Origin: Camelus dromedarius
Taxonomy: Eukaryota
Assembly (NCBI RefSeq): GCF_036321535.1
Contig: NC_087437.1
Span: 112,594,001 to 112,658,000, forward strand
Reading direction: 5' to 3'
DNA length: 64,000 bases
The number at the start of each line of letters is the position of its first letter. The first letter of the stretch is position 1. Positions 12,953 through 26,622 of this stretch are shown one piece after another. Position numbers and translations under genes: made by a program. The notes under the pieces were generated by a model, which worked only from the letters and a program-made list of their open reading frames with translations, made no database searches and was not told the origin of the DNA.

Positions 12953-13193
12953 TTTTTATTTTGTTTTTAATTTTATATATTTATTTAGCATATATATATA
13001 TATTTTATTGACGTATAGTCAGTTTAAAATGTTGTGTCGATTTCTGGTGTACAGCATAATACTTCAATCATACCAGAACATATATTCATTTTCATATTTT
13101 TCACCGTAAGTTACTGTAAAATATTGAACATAGTTCCCTGTGCTATATTGTAGAAACTTGTTTATCTACTTTATATATACTAGTTAGTATCTG
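12953..13193 (-). mobile_element. 5'-truncated L1 3' UTR
   Basis: 'tttattgacgtatagtcagtttaaaatgttgtgtcgatttctggtgtacagc...tagttccctgtgctata'; flanked by tgtctct on both sides. Confidence 0.85.
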
Positions 13194-14114
13194 TGTCTCT
13201 TTTTTAATAATAACAAAATCATTTTTATTCTTGCCTTTATTCTTAGCACCAATTCATGGAAGATGTGAAAGTGCATACTCATGTCCTTTTTTGGTGCTAA
13301 TGTTAGGTTCAGGGTGGAGGGGCAAGAGCAGAGAATGGACTTGTAGGGAATTGGGTGGCCTTGAGCAAGTGACAGTCTCAAGTATTAGAGAGAATGTATG
13401 TAAAGTTTCTGCCCTGGGTGAATGGACGGCAGGCTTCCAGAGGGCAGGAAGGGTATTTTGGACACCATTTTTTCTCTGGCACTAGCTCAGTATTTGGCTC
13501 TTTGAGCAGATGAATGTGGCAAAAAATTTGATATTGGTTGGGCTGTGAAAAACTTTGTTTCATTTCTATCATGGTTATACCTCTATCACAGGTAAACAAC
13601 TATATTAATTGTTCACATCAAACTCCAATAGATCTTGCCCCAAATGGTCTCATTGATTAGTTCAGGTAAAGATGTTTCTAAAGTTTTTAGCACACCTGAT
13701 TGTTGTATGTATGTCTAGATACGGCTTCAATATGTTATTACTCAGGAGTCTGGTTGATTGATTGATGGTGAAGCCCTGCCTTTGACACATATAATTAAAT
13801 GAGTTTGCATCTAGTGTGTTCCTTGAGGAGGCCTGGTGTGTTTACCTCAAAGGCTGTCTGTCGAAGGCTTGACGTGATGTCTCTAGGACTTACTGGTACC
13901 TTTAAGACATCTCTACAGGTATGGTTTTCTTTCCTTGTTGATCTTTTAATTTTTCTTTTAAAATTTTGTTTTCAGCTGTTATGATTTAGCAAATCGGTCC
14001 CCTTGAATGATTTAATGTGTTACCATTAGAATTCTAAAAGATATAATTTGAAAAATGATTTGCCTGTTTTTAGGAGAGTTTCTGCTTACTGAAGGCCCAA
14101 AGCACGTAGGCTGA

Positions 14115-14296
14115 AAGTGGTTCTGAAACTTTAGCATGTGTCAGAATCACTGGAGGACAGTGATAAAACACATTGTTAAGTCCCACCGAGTTTCTTATTC
14201 ATTAGGTCTGAGGTGGGGCCCAAGAATTTGCATTTCTAACTAGCTGCCTGTTTATACTGGTGCTGCAGGCCTGGGCCAAGACTTTGAGAACCACTG
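14115..14296 (+). mobile_element. MER5A-like hAT MITE
   Basis: TIRs 'agtggttctgaaact' / 'actttgagaaccactg'; core 'ggtggggcccaagaatttgcatttctaac'. Confidence 0.88.
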
Positions 14297-15859
14297 GGCT
14301 AAAGTGTTGAAGTCCATAATACAGGGGCGACATGGGGCCCAGTGTGTTTCAGGAGAATCCCTCTGTGCCCCCCTAAGCTATTTAGAATAATAAAGAAAAA
14401 CTGGTTTTGGTACAGGAAGAGAAGGAAAGTAGGCATAAACCCTTGAAAATACTGTGTGATGGTTGTAATGGTCATTCAAATGAAGATAACAAAAGAGGAC
14501 TGGAAATTAATTTTTATAAGTTTATTTTACTTAAAAAAATAAGAATAATGCCTGTTCATAATGGAAAGTGTGCAAATACAGAAAATTTTCTGTTCTAGAA
14601 GAGAGGAAAAATTTCCCCAAATTATATTTTATCACTTGAAAATATCACCTGTTAATTTTTTGATAATTTCTGTTCAGTATCTTTTTTATGCATAAGACTT
14701 TTGTTTTTGTTTTTCCCCCCAAAATGAAGTTATTATCAAATAAATGCTCATTATAATGAAAAAATCATGAAGAATACTTAATCTTTCTAGACACAATAGC
14801 TGTTAACTTCCTGTAATTTATTATTAGTGATCTCTTTTATGAATATAGTTACTGCTATGTATTATCCTGACTGTATGGTTTTATAACCAAACTTTTAATG
14901 TGTAATATCTTTTCATGTCATTAGATATGATTCTGAAGCATCTTTTTTAGGTACAGAATATTATAATCTGATAAGCACAATTTGTGCCTAAATCTTTTCA
15001 GTCTTCTGATATCCTTTTGGATAAATTCCCTCAAGTGGAATTAATAGGTCAAAGAGCATGTAAAGTCTAAGGCTCTTGGTATATTTTACCAAATTGTCTC
15101 CAGAAAGTACTTAGTAATTACTACCCAGGCTCCAAGTCTACACTCAATACATTTTAATATTTATGAGCTTGATAGTTGAAAAATAGTATCTCCCTGTTTT
15201 AATTCAGTTCTTTTGCTGATAAGAAATTTAGCACTTTTTTAATGTGTTAATTGCTCCCTTATATTTCATCTCTTTTGAATTTCTGCCTTGTCCTTGTCAC
15301 ATTTTCTTTTGGAGTTAACCTTTTTTCTTAATTTACATGAGCTCCTTATACTTAGGAATATTTCTTTATTCCCAGTTTTTCATTTGCTTTTAAAACTTGT
15401 GGTATTTTTCTGTAGAAGTATTTAACACCTCCCCCTGCCCCATCCACCATTATTTTCCAGTTTTAAGGATTTCTGCCCATGGTCCAATGAGAATGTACTC
15501 TCTTAGTCCAAGATTTTATAAATATTAACCTGTATTTTCTATTTTCTTTTAGCACACATTCATGGTTACCTTTTTTTTCTTTTTTCTTTTTTTCCCGCTA
15601 GAGTCTTTAAGGCCCTTTAAATACATTTTGGTGGTAGCAAATTTATTCTAGTGTCAACAGATGCAGTTTACATTTTCTTAACGTTTAATTATTTGGTCAC
15701 ACTATGCAAATATTAGGCAAATTTAGGTAGCAAGTCGGAGGTTTTCACACTGCTCTGAGGAGCACTGGGATTTCTGAGAAGTCTTAAGGGGTTCGCCTTG
15801 GTAATACAGGTGCAGCAGGAGGGCTGAGCAAAAATATGAGTAGTTCCAGCTCCAACTTC

Positions 15860-16850
15860 TCCCAAGATCTACAGACTTAGATGATCAGCGCGGCACCTGC
15901 TAGGCAGATCTTCTTGGGCACACCTAATGGCAGGCTGCTTGAAATTAACATGGTCAAAACAGAATTCCTGATGCTATCCCCAATCTAATCTGCATACCCC
16001 AGACCTTTCCTTCAGAGAAAATGGTACCTTATCCACCCAGTTGCACAGGCCAGAAACCTCACTGCTGTCCTTGATTCCTCTCTCCCACCCACTGTGTATC
16101 TACTCCATTGTTAAGTTCTGTAGGCTTTCTGTTCAAAGGATATCCCAAATTTGACCACTCCTTGTCATTTCCAGCGTTCAAATGTTAGTCCTGGCCACCA
16201 CTGTCTCTCACATGAGTGTCTGCCGTGATCTCCTCGCTGGTTTTCTTGATTCTGCTTGGCCTGTATGGAATCTGTTTCACCTAGCAGCTTCTACACTGTA
16301 AATCAGATCATGTTATACCCTTGCTTAAAACCTTTCAGAGACTTCCTGTTACACTTAAAATAAAACTCAAGCCTCACTTTAAGAGATGCTTGTATTCTGG
16401 TCTCTGTTGCCTCTCCGATGTCCTGTTGTGTTTTCCACACTCCCTTTGTTTACTTTGTTCCTGCCAGACTGGCTTCTTTCTCTTCCTTGAACAGATTCTT
16501 TTCTTTCTGTGGGTCTTTGCACTGGCTGAACCTTCTCTAGAACTTCCCAGAAACCACCGTGATGTCTTTAAGAGGCTCTCCTTAGCTACCCAGGCCCGTG
16601 GAGAAACCCCAAATGCTGTTTCTAGTCTTCATCTGCCTTGTGTCCCTATCTCATTTCCTTCGGAGTTGTTCTCTGTATGTGAAATGTTCGTATTTTTTTG
16701 TTTTACGTGTTTATTAGCTTTCTCCCCATTCTAGAATGTAAGCTCCCTGAGGGCAGAGATTCTGTTTTGTTCCCTTCTAAATTCCCTGTGTGTAGCCCAG
16801 TGCCTGGTTCATGGAGCTACTGGTGGGAGGTACTTGGTAATCATTTATGG
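15860..16850 (+). mobile_element. L2 LINE 3' region
   Basis: 'ccttgcttaaaacctttcagagacttcc...tagaatgtaagctccctgagggcagagat...cccagtgcctgg' L2 signature. Confidence 0.8.
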
Positions 16851-17264
16851 AACTGCTCCCACTCTGTAGTGCCAACTCTCACTTTAATCAGAGCAGCTCA
16901 GCTTTTAAATCTTGAGCCCTAGTATGAGGTTTTGTTTACAGACAGTTTTCTTGGTTAACAAAAGTTTGAAGATAAGAATTTACTCCAAGACTGGGTGAGG
17001 AAGAAGAGATTTTAATTTGACATTTCTCTCGGAATGTTGCATTCATTTCATAAAGGTATTGGTTACATGGTTCCTGACTTTTTAACCTGAAGGGGCAAGC
17101 ATGAATACACCATGATTTTAAACATTTCTTGCTCAAGAGTACGCTTTCTTTACGTACTGAATTGCATAGCATAGATTGTTTTTATCCTATAATTAGGATG
17201 GTTATGAGATTATATCATCTTATATATACCCTTTCTAAGGAGTGCTTCCTGAGTCTCAAGCCAA

Positions 17265-17326
17265 ACCATTCGTATAGCTTTATTGTGTAAATATTAACAT
17301 TTGTATAGCTTTATTGTGTAAATATT
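17265..17326. repeat. 31-bp tandem duplication
   Basis: GTATAGCTTTATTGTGTAAATATT occurs at 17272-17295 and 17303-17326. Confidence 0.9.
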
Positions 17327-17533
17327 TTTGTTCCAGGTGTGTTATTCATACATACAAACATATTCACCTTGATTTATATGTACATGGTAGTGTAGTTTAT
17401 GACTCTGTGCTTCCTGTTTAACTCCTTTACTGCATTGGTAACTCTGTACCAGGTTGCTCCTCTCTAAGTATTAGTTGATTTTTGTGATAGTTGTCTTATG
17501 ACAATTTCAGTATTTTAGTTTCTGGCTACTCTT

Positions 17534-17714
17534 TTTTTTTTAATTGAAGTACAGTTGATTTACAATGTTGTGTTTGTTTCTGGTGTACAGCGTAGTGATT
17601 CAGTTACATGTCTATATGTAGTCTTTTTCATCGTAAGTTGTTAATAAGCTATTGAATATGCTGTGGTATACAGCAGGACTTTGTTTATCTCTTTGGTTTG
17701 TAGTAGTTTGTATC
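17534..17714 (-). mobile_element. 5'-truncated L1 3' UTR with TSD
   Basis: Poly-T then 'aattgaagtacagttgatttacaatgttgtg'; TSD agtttctggctactctt / agtttcttgcttctctt (15/17). Confidence 0.85.
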
Positions 17715-19102
17715 AGTTTCTTGCTTCTCTTATTAATCAGAAACTCATCTCAGTTGTGTTTTGAGTTACTACTTTCTGCCTTTTAGCCAGTGAGTACAAA
17801 GAGATTGCCTTTTGTTTTTGGCTTGTGTGTTTTCATGTTATAGCATTGGGAGTATAAAGTTTTATAACTGTTCCTTTCATTGTGGATTATATATTTTTAT
17901 CAAAGCAAAAAATTTTTTTAATCACATATAGCTTTTTCTTTGATATGATGCTGTATTCAATTTAGTAACTTCCTTTCTTTTTGTGTTTTTGACTTTTAAA
18001 TTCTCTTTTATTTTAGGTGTGTTCTGTTTAGCTTGGCCTGCTCTTTTCCCAGGAGTCTATTATTTAATAGATACAATATTCTTTTGCATTTTACTGTGTC
18101 TAAAGCAAAATGTCTTCTAATTTTAAAAATAACTTACAGTTAATTAAAAAATTAAGATATATTTGACATATAGCATTATACTAGTTTCAAGTGTGCAGCA
18201 ATGACTCTTACACTTAATTTATTTCAAAGGAAAGTAGTAGATTTCATTTCTCTGGACATTTCTTGTTCTCTTGTGTCCTGTGGAATATTTTCACTAGCAC
18301 AATTTTTTGAGGATTTTCAAGGAAGGAAATTTCATACATGTCTCAAGGGTTGAATGAGAGGATGGCTCTGAATGCCTGAAGTGTAGCAAATTGGTCTGCC
18401 CAGACTTTTGGAGAGAAAACAAAGCAGAACAAAACAAGCAGTGGGCTAGTGACTGCCTGGTTGGAGGCCAAATTGTTATCTGCCTCTCACAAGATTAAGT
18501 TGTAAATGATAGTGGAGGTTACTTATTTCTACCTCCTGCCCGTTGGTGAGTGATAGTCTTTATCAAAGTTTAGTCAGGGGTATATGATGACTTCGTAAGC
18601 TTTTGCTAAATTATGCTGTAGGGACAATCCCCAAATCCTAGTAGTTTACAACAACAAAAGTTTATTTCTCACATTAATGCCCTTTGTGGGCTTTTTCCAG
18701 GACCCAGGATGGAAGAATGAAAAAATCCATAATAGAACACTAGCTGTTGCAGTATTTTTTTGGATGTAGTGACATTACAAAAAGGTTTCCTAGGTTTTTG
18801 GAGGGTGTTTAAAGTTGGAGGTGGGGCAGGAAGGTTTGCAGCCTACGTTTTCAAGCACCTTGGTAGTGAGAATTTACTAGTGTACCTTCATCACCATTTT
18901 TGGGGATCTCAGCAGACAGTGGATTTAATACATGGTAACTGCTTAGTAAATGTTTGTTGGATTAGTGGACAAAGACCTAACAATAGTAAGAAAGTCTTTT
19001 TTTTTAAATTATCTTTGTGTCTTTTGCAGCTTAGCTTGAAACAGTTTTATAGAGCATTTCCTATAAATTACACCTGTTATTTATTAAATGAAAAATGCTT
19101 TT

Positions 19103-19177
19103 GCGGGAAACAGCCCTCAATCTGTCTATGGAGTGTGTATCTCTCTGAATAAATCTACTTTTACTAAAAAAAAAAAA
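19103..19177 (+). mobile_element. Short polyadenylated retroposed fragment (LTR R-region-like) with 12-bp TSD
   Basis: AAAAATGCTTTT at 19091-19102 and 19178-19189; AATAAA at 19148-19153; poly(A) from 19166. Confidence 0.8.
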
Positions 19178-21445
19178 AAAAATGCTTTTTTGGGGGTCAT
19201 TTTTGCCATACCAAAATATTGTTTTTTAGTGACCTACATATTCATTATAGAAAATTTGAAAAATGTGCATTAAATACAAGCAAGGAAATGATCATCTTCT
19301 ATTCTGGCTACACAGGACCACTACTGATAATGTTTATTAAATATCCCACTATATTTTCTTTTCCTCCTTTTTTCTCCATATAGTTTTGGAACCTTGTCCA
19401 TGCTTATAGTTGTATTGTGATAACTTTTTTTTTCTACTTTTTGCAGTATCTCTTGCTTAACACTTAATGTTGTGAGTCAATAATTGTAAGGGTCATGGAT
19501 GATGTAAATGAGTATTGTAAGATTAATTTTAACTTCCCCTTGTTTTCTCTCTCTCTTCCCGACTCTGTACTTCTCCATATGAACTCTTCACTCAGTCAAG
19601 AAAGTTAAACCCTATTTCTTGTTCACTGCAGCAAGCATGGAGACGAGCAAAAGAATTATGAAAGGTAGAGAGAAGGCCTGAAAAATAAGATGATTCTCAG
19701 ACTAGGTAATCAATACCTGGAACATCAAGTTTTCTTTTTTCTTTTTTTTTTTTTTTTTTGTCTTTTTCGTCTTTTACTCAGAGATCACTTTGTCATATCT
19801 TGGAGTTTTCAGTCTTTGGAAAGTTAAAAATTTGATGCTATGTTGATTTTAGTCCTATTATCTTTCTGTGACTGATGTGCTAGATAAGTTTAATGGGAGT
19901 CATTCAAGAAGGTCGCCCCTGCTTGAACCTATGTATTGAGTGCCCTCTTTATGTAAGGTTGAAGCACTTTTCAGTTAGCAACGGATCTTTTGTAAGCAGC
20001 CCTTCGTTAAAGTTCACTGTGCCTTGTTCTTTTGTATCATTAATCATCTTCCCTCTAAGCTTTGGAAACATGGCTGACTCTTGAATCTTCCGGCCCCTCA
20101 GAGTGCTGGAAATCCACCCTGCTGAGGAGAATGCATGAAATATTTGCTGTGTCAGTGTAGATCTGAGAACTGATTTGTCTCCTGGAATGCAGAGGCTGAA
20201 TTCCTTATATGTTACTAAAAGATACTTTTTGTGTCCATTTTATAAAGGGATCTGATTGGGGTGCTAGAAGTTACCATATAGATCACATGATTAACCAAAC
20301 TATTAAACTCTTTCTAATATTTCTGGACTTAATGTAATTTCCAAATATTTTGAAATAGCAAATATAGACTCAGGGAACTCAGTGACCAATTTCTGACTTT
20401 TGGTGAATTTTTCTATTCTAATTGTCAGAGTTGTTGTCCGTGTTTGAAATGTCTGCTCTGCCAAATAGGTTAGGAATGTGTGCAGAGCGACAGTTTAAAT
20501 AATCAGAATGTTTGCTGTTGAAGCAGATGCCTCTGAGTAAAGCTCCCAGATCAAAAGGAGAAAGGGAGGGGAAGCAGGAGAAAGAACCATCACGTAACGT
20601 CTGAGACTAATGTGGGCCCTGCAAGTTATTCTTCGGTTCCCATCCTCGATTGTAATTTTCCCAGTTCTACTAAGGTATCTCGGGAAACTCTGCATTGAGA
20701 GAGTGCTGATAACTTCTTAAAGAAATGTGATTCTGTGATAACTTTGAGTTTCCATGTGATTGCTTATCTAATCTTAACATTTCTCTCTTTTAAGAAAAGT
20801 GTCCATTATTGTGGTTAACTCACAGGTCAGACATTCATCCTGGTTGTCAAGTGTCTCAGATCAATTCTGAAGGCTAAAGTGAACTTGATGGTCCTTATCA
20901 CAGTACTGATTCTGTTGAATAAAAGACATCAGGGCTTTGGTCTCTTTTGTGTTGCAGTTTTTAGCAGAATTTAAAAGAATGAAAATTTCCAAATATGGAT
21001 TAGCATGATTTATGAGACTGTTTATCAAGATTAAAGTAATATGTTAAAAATCAGCTTAATTTAGTTTAATCTAAGCTTAGGTCTTGGTAACTGATGTAAA
21101 GGATAGCTTAAAATTTGCTAAACTTTATTAAAAGCCTCAATTTGGGGATAGAAACAGTTTCCCTAGGGTATCTCTTAATTTCCTTTATTTTGTAAAGAGT
21201 GTCTTTTGTCAGGATGAAGAAAAAAAAATGACCATTCTTTTTAATCAGGCTTAATTGCAATGACTGTATATAAAGGAGAAAACAGCAATTTAGAGAGGTA
21301 ATTTCTTAATTTATTCTTTCACTCCTGTGTGAACAACAGAAAAACCATAGGTTCATCCTAATAGTTTTATAACTATAAAGAATTTAATAATTCTTACTGT
21401 ATTATATTCCTCTTGAATTTTCAGTTAAGTATTTCTATAAGCTAC

Positions 21446-22334
21446 TGTTAGCGATGGAAGGACCCCTAAATTAGGAAGCCCACCAAAGTGTGGGTTCTTG
21501 CCATGGGCTGTGAAAGAATTTGCACAGCAGAGGCAGAGGGATGAAGTGAACAGCCACTTTATTGCTCAGAAGGGGAAATGAAAGGAAAGTGCTCAGCAGA
21601 GAGAAGGGAAGAAAAGCGAGGAAGAGGTGCTGAGAGCTGTCAGCTAAGATGGGCGGCGGTTCCGGCCCGGGTTGGGCCACATGGACTTTGATGAGAGGCT
21701 CCTGCCATCATGTCCTCCTTCTGGGTGTGATGGAGCCACTCAGTCCTTGTTTGCGTTTTTCAGTTCTTGTATGGGCTTTTCCTGTTGTTGTCATGGGAAT
21801 CATCAACTGTCATGGCACTGGTGGGTGTATCATTTAGCATGTTAATATATTACAATGAGCATATAATGAGGCTCAAGGTCTACTGGAAGTGAAATCCTTC
21901 ACCATCTTGGACTGGGTGGATTCTAACCAGTTTTTATTTCTTCTCTGCAGCTGCCCCCTGAGACTTAGATAAGAGTAATTGGTTTCTATTACAGGGAGGG
22001 GAGAAGACGGTATGATCCTGGGGGCAACAGCCTTGGTAACAAAAAGGAAAATTGCTTTTAATCAGAATGCCTGCGATCTGGTGGATCCACCCACCCCCAA
22101 AACCATCTCCAAAGATTCTGTTCAGCCATGAAAGTTTTAAAGGGAAATGGGGCAGTAATCTCAGCTGTCTAGATAGGTGGTCAGAGCCATTGCCACCCCC
22201 CAGTGCCTGCAGGCTTGTCCTAATCAACTGCTTGAGCCTGCTCTTCTGTGACTCAGGGAGGCCTGCGAGACTTCAGCTTTTCTATAAACCAGAGATAAGG
22301 GTTAGGGGTGCCCACAGGGTCCTACTCTCTTTCA
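21446..22334 (-). mobile_element. ERV1 solo LTR, MER41-like, 889 bp
   Basis: TG...CA termini, 4-bp flanks ctac/ctat, minus-strand AATAAA at 21558-21563; minus-strand 'ctcattatatgctcattgtaatatattaacatgctaaatgatacacccaccagtgccatgacagtt' resembles the MER41 core. Confidence 0.75.
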
Positions 22335-25300
22335 CTATCAGCTAGTTGAGAGGCATTTGCTTTCTAAAACTAGATTTCTTCTCTTTCTCTATTTAACCTT
22401 TTATTATGAAAAATTCCAACAGCTATAGAAGTCAAGGGAGTAGTTAACCCCGAGATCATATCCACTGCCCAGCTTCAGTAACTGTTAACTCTTGGTCAGT
22501 TTTGTTTCATCCATCCCTCCAATCCCAACTCTAGATTTTGAAGCAAATTCTAGACCTCGTATCGTTTCATTAAAGTGAATTGCTTTTGATAATGACAGTA
22601 GAAGCCATTTTCCCTCTTGGCAATAGCACAGACTCTCAGGGCTGAATAGAATTTATAAGGAGACAGGCTCTGTATTGAGGAGTTTACCTTTTGAGAAAGG
22701 AGCTCATATTTTCACTGGAAACTTTCTTCAAGTTTCTCTTGTCTTTCAAATAGGCACGTATTTGCAAGTTCTTAAGTTCTTATCTGTTTGGAAATTCCTG
22801 TAGCAAGTTCAGGTTTAGTCATCCTGCACTGCTTTGGCTGTGCCTTATCTACATAGTATTGAAAGGAAGAAAGAATTAGTTCACCAGGACTTGGCTTTGT
22901 GAGAAGATAGACATGTTGGATATATTTAGGAAGTGCCCCTTAATGCTGTAATAATATACTAGCTTTTAAAGCTACCTCATAATAATAGCTTTTAAAAAGC
23001 ACAAATAAAACACTTAAAGGTGATCTCTTTTCCTGGCCATCAGTAGGACAATTTAATTCCTCTTTTGAGTCAAAATAAAATATTCTTTCAAGTACTGGAG
23101 ATTTACAGGTGTTGGTTGACTCATCTTTTGTTGTTAAACCTATTGGTTTCGCAGGCCAGTGTGCCTTTTTGTATGCTTTCACCTTGCACTTTAAGCTGAA
23201 TTCCTTTTGTCCTTTGAAGGAGGCATAAAACTGTCAGTTTATATTGAAGGATGTGAGAAACAGAATTTTTACTTTTCTCTATGATTTCTAAATTTCAATT
23301 AGCTTTAATAGTAATCATCATAAAAGTTTCTTGACTTCTAAACAAAAGTAGATTCAACAGATTAAATAGAATACTTGAACTGGTTTCCTTCTAAAACTAA
23401 AACCAATTTTGACTTAGTTAATTCTTTGTGTTTAGTTCTTGCACATATAAAGCTGTGGGGTTCATGTTTGTATTTTACTTTTGTTACAGTCCCTAGGGTA
23501 ACAGGTGACTTGGCTGTATGGGATGCTGGAAGTGCTGGACTGAGCGAGATTGGGAATCTAACTTGCAGTATGATTAAATATGTCTTATTTTCTTCAGTAG
23601 CTAGACAGAATTAATTATATTTACATTCCATCTATTTCACAGAGATGTTGTTAGAAGTCCTATAATTAGATTTTTTTTTAATTTGTAAAAATATTTGTGC
23701 TGCTTCACAGATAGGTGCTATATAAAAGCAAGGTGTTATTAACATCTTATTTTTCTTGATTTGTGTTTTTGACGCTAGAAGCATACACTGATTTCTCTCT
23801 TTTCCCAGTACAGGTTCTGCTACATGTTTTGAAATTTGTTCTCTTAACATTTTTTAGCAGCTGGGATGCTACAGAAGCAATCTTGTGTCCTATTTTTAGT
23901 ACACAGTGATGATTCTGGATAGATGGCTCAGTTAATGGCAAGGCAATTGAACTGTGCTAAGTGCTCGCCTGTGTATCTTCTGGCCTCTCCCCTTTCAGCG
24001 TAGAGTTACTGTTTACAGTACATTTCACTGTCTGTGCCTGGGTAGTCTGAATCTGTTTGCCTGCTGCCTGGTGGTCTTGAATGCAATTTTTGTCTTGTTT
24101 CCCCTCACCCCCACTATTTTATATCTTACATTTCCGGATGGATGATCTGCTTGGCTAACTACTGCAGGGAAGTTTAGTGCTGTCTAATAAAGTCAGAATG
24201 AGATCCTTCACGTTAGGTGGCATGAATGAGTGAGCAGATCTGTGATGTCACTAGACTCCTCAGTTTTTCTGGGCTTGCATTGTGTGCTTCTTGTTCCCCT
24301 TATCTGGTTTGGGTTGTATTGTTTGGAAAAGTTTGAACATTCTTCACGTATATTTTGCAGAATACTCATTTTCTTTTAGTCCCAACGGTAGTTGGCCAAC
24401 TTTGTATTAGTTAAGGTTGAAAAATTCTAATTTTAGTACTACTTAAAGGATTTCCCAGCCTCACTGGAATGCATATCTAAGCATGAGATTTTCACATAAT
24501 GAGAATCTGTGATATATTTAGGTTTTGATGCTGCTGATTTATAGAACTGGAGAGCCTGAGGTTTTGGGATGGTACATTTTTAGGGAACAAGAGAGGTTCC
24601 TCTTTCTCACAGGGTGGTCTCCTTTGTTACATTGTTATTTGACCTACTCAAAGGGTTGGCTTCTGTTACATTTGGAAATGAATTAACTTTTAAGAAGTGA
24701 GGTGACTTGCTCAGGGCAGCATTCCAAATATATAGGTAGGGCCAGTTGTCAGTGGCCCTCATTGTATCATAGAACTTAAATTGGCATCCTGTGACAACCT
24801 CCTTGCTTTTAAAAGGTCCGTAAGAAACAGTGATAACATACTTTAGTACTGAATAAATAAAATAAACAAGGAAGCCTTTGATGTTAAACTGGGTTTATTT
24901 GATTTTAGGACCAAATAAATGAACATTCTTTCTAAGAAAAACTTGTGCTATGTGCAGATAAAGAGAAACCTAAGCATTTTGATTATTGCTTCCAAAATAG
25001 CAAATTTCTAGAACATAATAGCCTGGTTTATCTTTAAAAAAAAAAGGCTACCTTGCCTGTGTTAAAATACTAAGTTAAAAAGTCATCAGTGTTTTAATTC
25101 ATAGCTTTTTTTTTTTCTTGTAAAAGCATATGTTTAAGCATCAGCTTTATTAGTTGGACTATGTTTTGCGTATTTCTGTTGTAATTCCAGATAATTGAGT
25201 TGAAAATTGCATGGCTAATATAGTACTGTAAGAAAGTGAGTTCATTTCTGTTCTATTCCTTGGAATAATTTGTATTCCTTGGAACTTCTACAATCAATAT

Positions 25301-26622
25301 TTGGTTTTTACTTTGGTATTTATCACTTTGGAGAATTGAAATTGGTTCCTGAACATTTGTAGGATTATACAATATCAGTAATCTGACTGGGGAAAGACTC
25401 TTTAAATAGTTATCAGTTTATGCAGGTGACCCCTGAAGGTGGAAGGGGGATCACATGGAATTCTCAGTATTTATGTCATTCATTCATTCAAAGACCCATT
25501 CATTCAGTACACATTGTGTATCATTCATAAGCCAAACCATGTAACAGATGCTGGAAATGCAGAAACAAATCCTTGTTCTCTAGGGACCTTGGTCTTGTCT
25601 AAGGAACAGATGAAGAGTTTACACTGGATTTAATTCTAAGCTTAGAGCATGCAAAGGGAACAATAGAGGAAAGCCACCCAAACCATTCTAGCCTCCAAAC
25701 AAGACATGGGGCCCAAGTTTAGAATAGCAAGAAGAGTTAGCCAGATCAGGAAGGGAGGACAGAGAGGGAGTGTGGGTAGAGTTCTGCAGGGTGTAAACTC
25801 ACTTCTTTCGTAAGAATGGTTCACTAGTTAGTAGTTACCAATCTGTACTAGTTGTACAGTAAATAAAATATTTATGGTTGCCTAATGTTGACGTTTATTT
25901 TGGATCTCTTTCCCTTGGTGCTTTTCTACAAACTGTGCGCTCAGTTTTCCTCCTCAGTTTTGTACTTGTTGATAGGCAGTGTCTACATTTTCTTGCCAAT
26001 TACATAATTAGTGTTTATTTGGATTTACGCTGCCACCTTCCCAAATCCAGCTTCTTAGTTGCTGCAGAGGGGCAAACTGGAAAAAGTAAACTGAAAAAGG
26101 TAAATCTGGTCCTGACACATTCCTGTTAAATCTCAGTAGCTCCCCTGCCTGAGTGCCAGTGGGATATGGTCTAGTCTCAACTCCACCCTCACACCTTTGC
26201 CCTTTGAATGACTTCTTTCCTCCTGCTTGTTCGCCCTCCACCCAGAAAGTGATTCTGCAACTTTCCCTTCACCCTTCAAAGCTTGTCTGGTGACCTTTCT
26301 ACTACACTGAGTTGATCGGCTTCTCTTCTTTGCTGCCTTTGTACCCTGACCTGTCGTCCATCATTGTATGAAGGACATACAGAGTGATTCTCGGTTTTGT
26401 TCTAAATGTGAGCTCTTTGAGGCAGGACCCATACCTTTCTCTCTTTGGATCTTTATGTTCATCAGAGTAACTGTTATATAATAAATAGCCATTAATTGAT
26501 TTAAGTTGAACTATGTAGAGTTTAAACATGTAGTTTTTTTTAATGTTTACTGTTAGTGAACAGAAGTGCATAAGTTAATGTTCCAAGTGTTTTATTTACA
26601 TTAAAACTCATTTTATTCCCCT

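Noticed and set aside
4959..17326. Short direct repeats as a CRISPR-like array or prokaryotic system
   Set aside because: Only two-copy duplications without spacers; the DNA is clearly mammalian intron.
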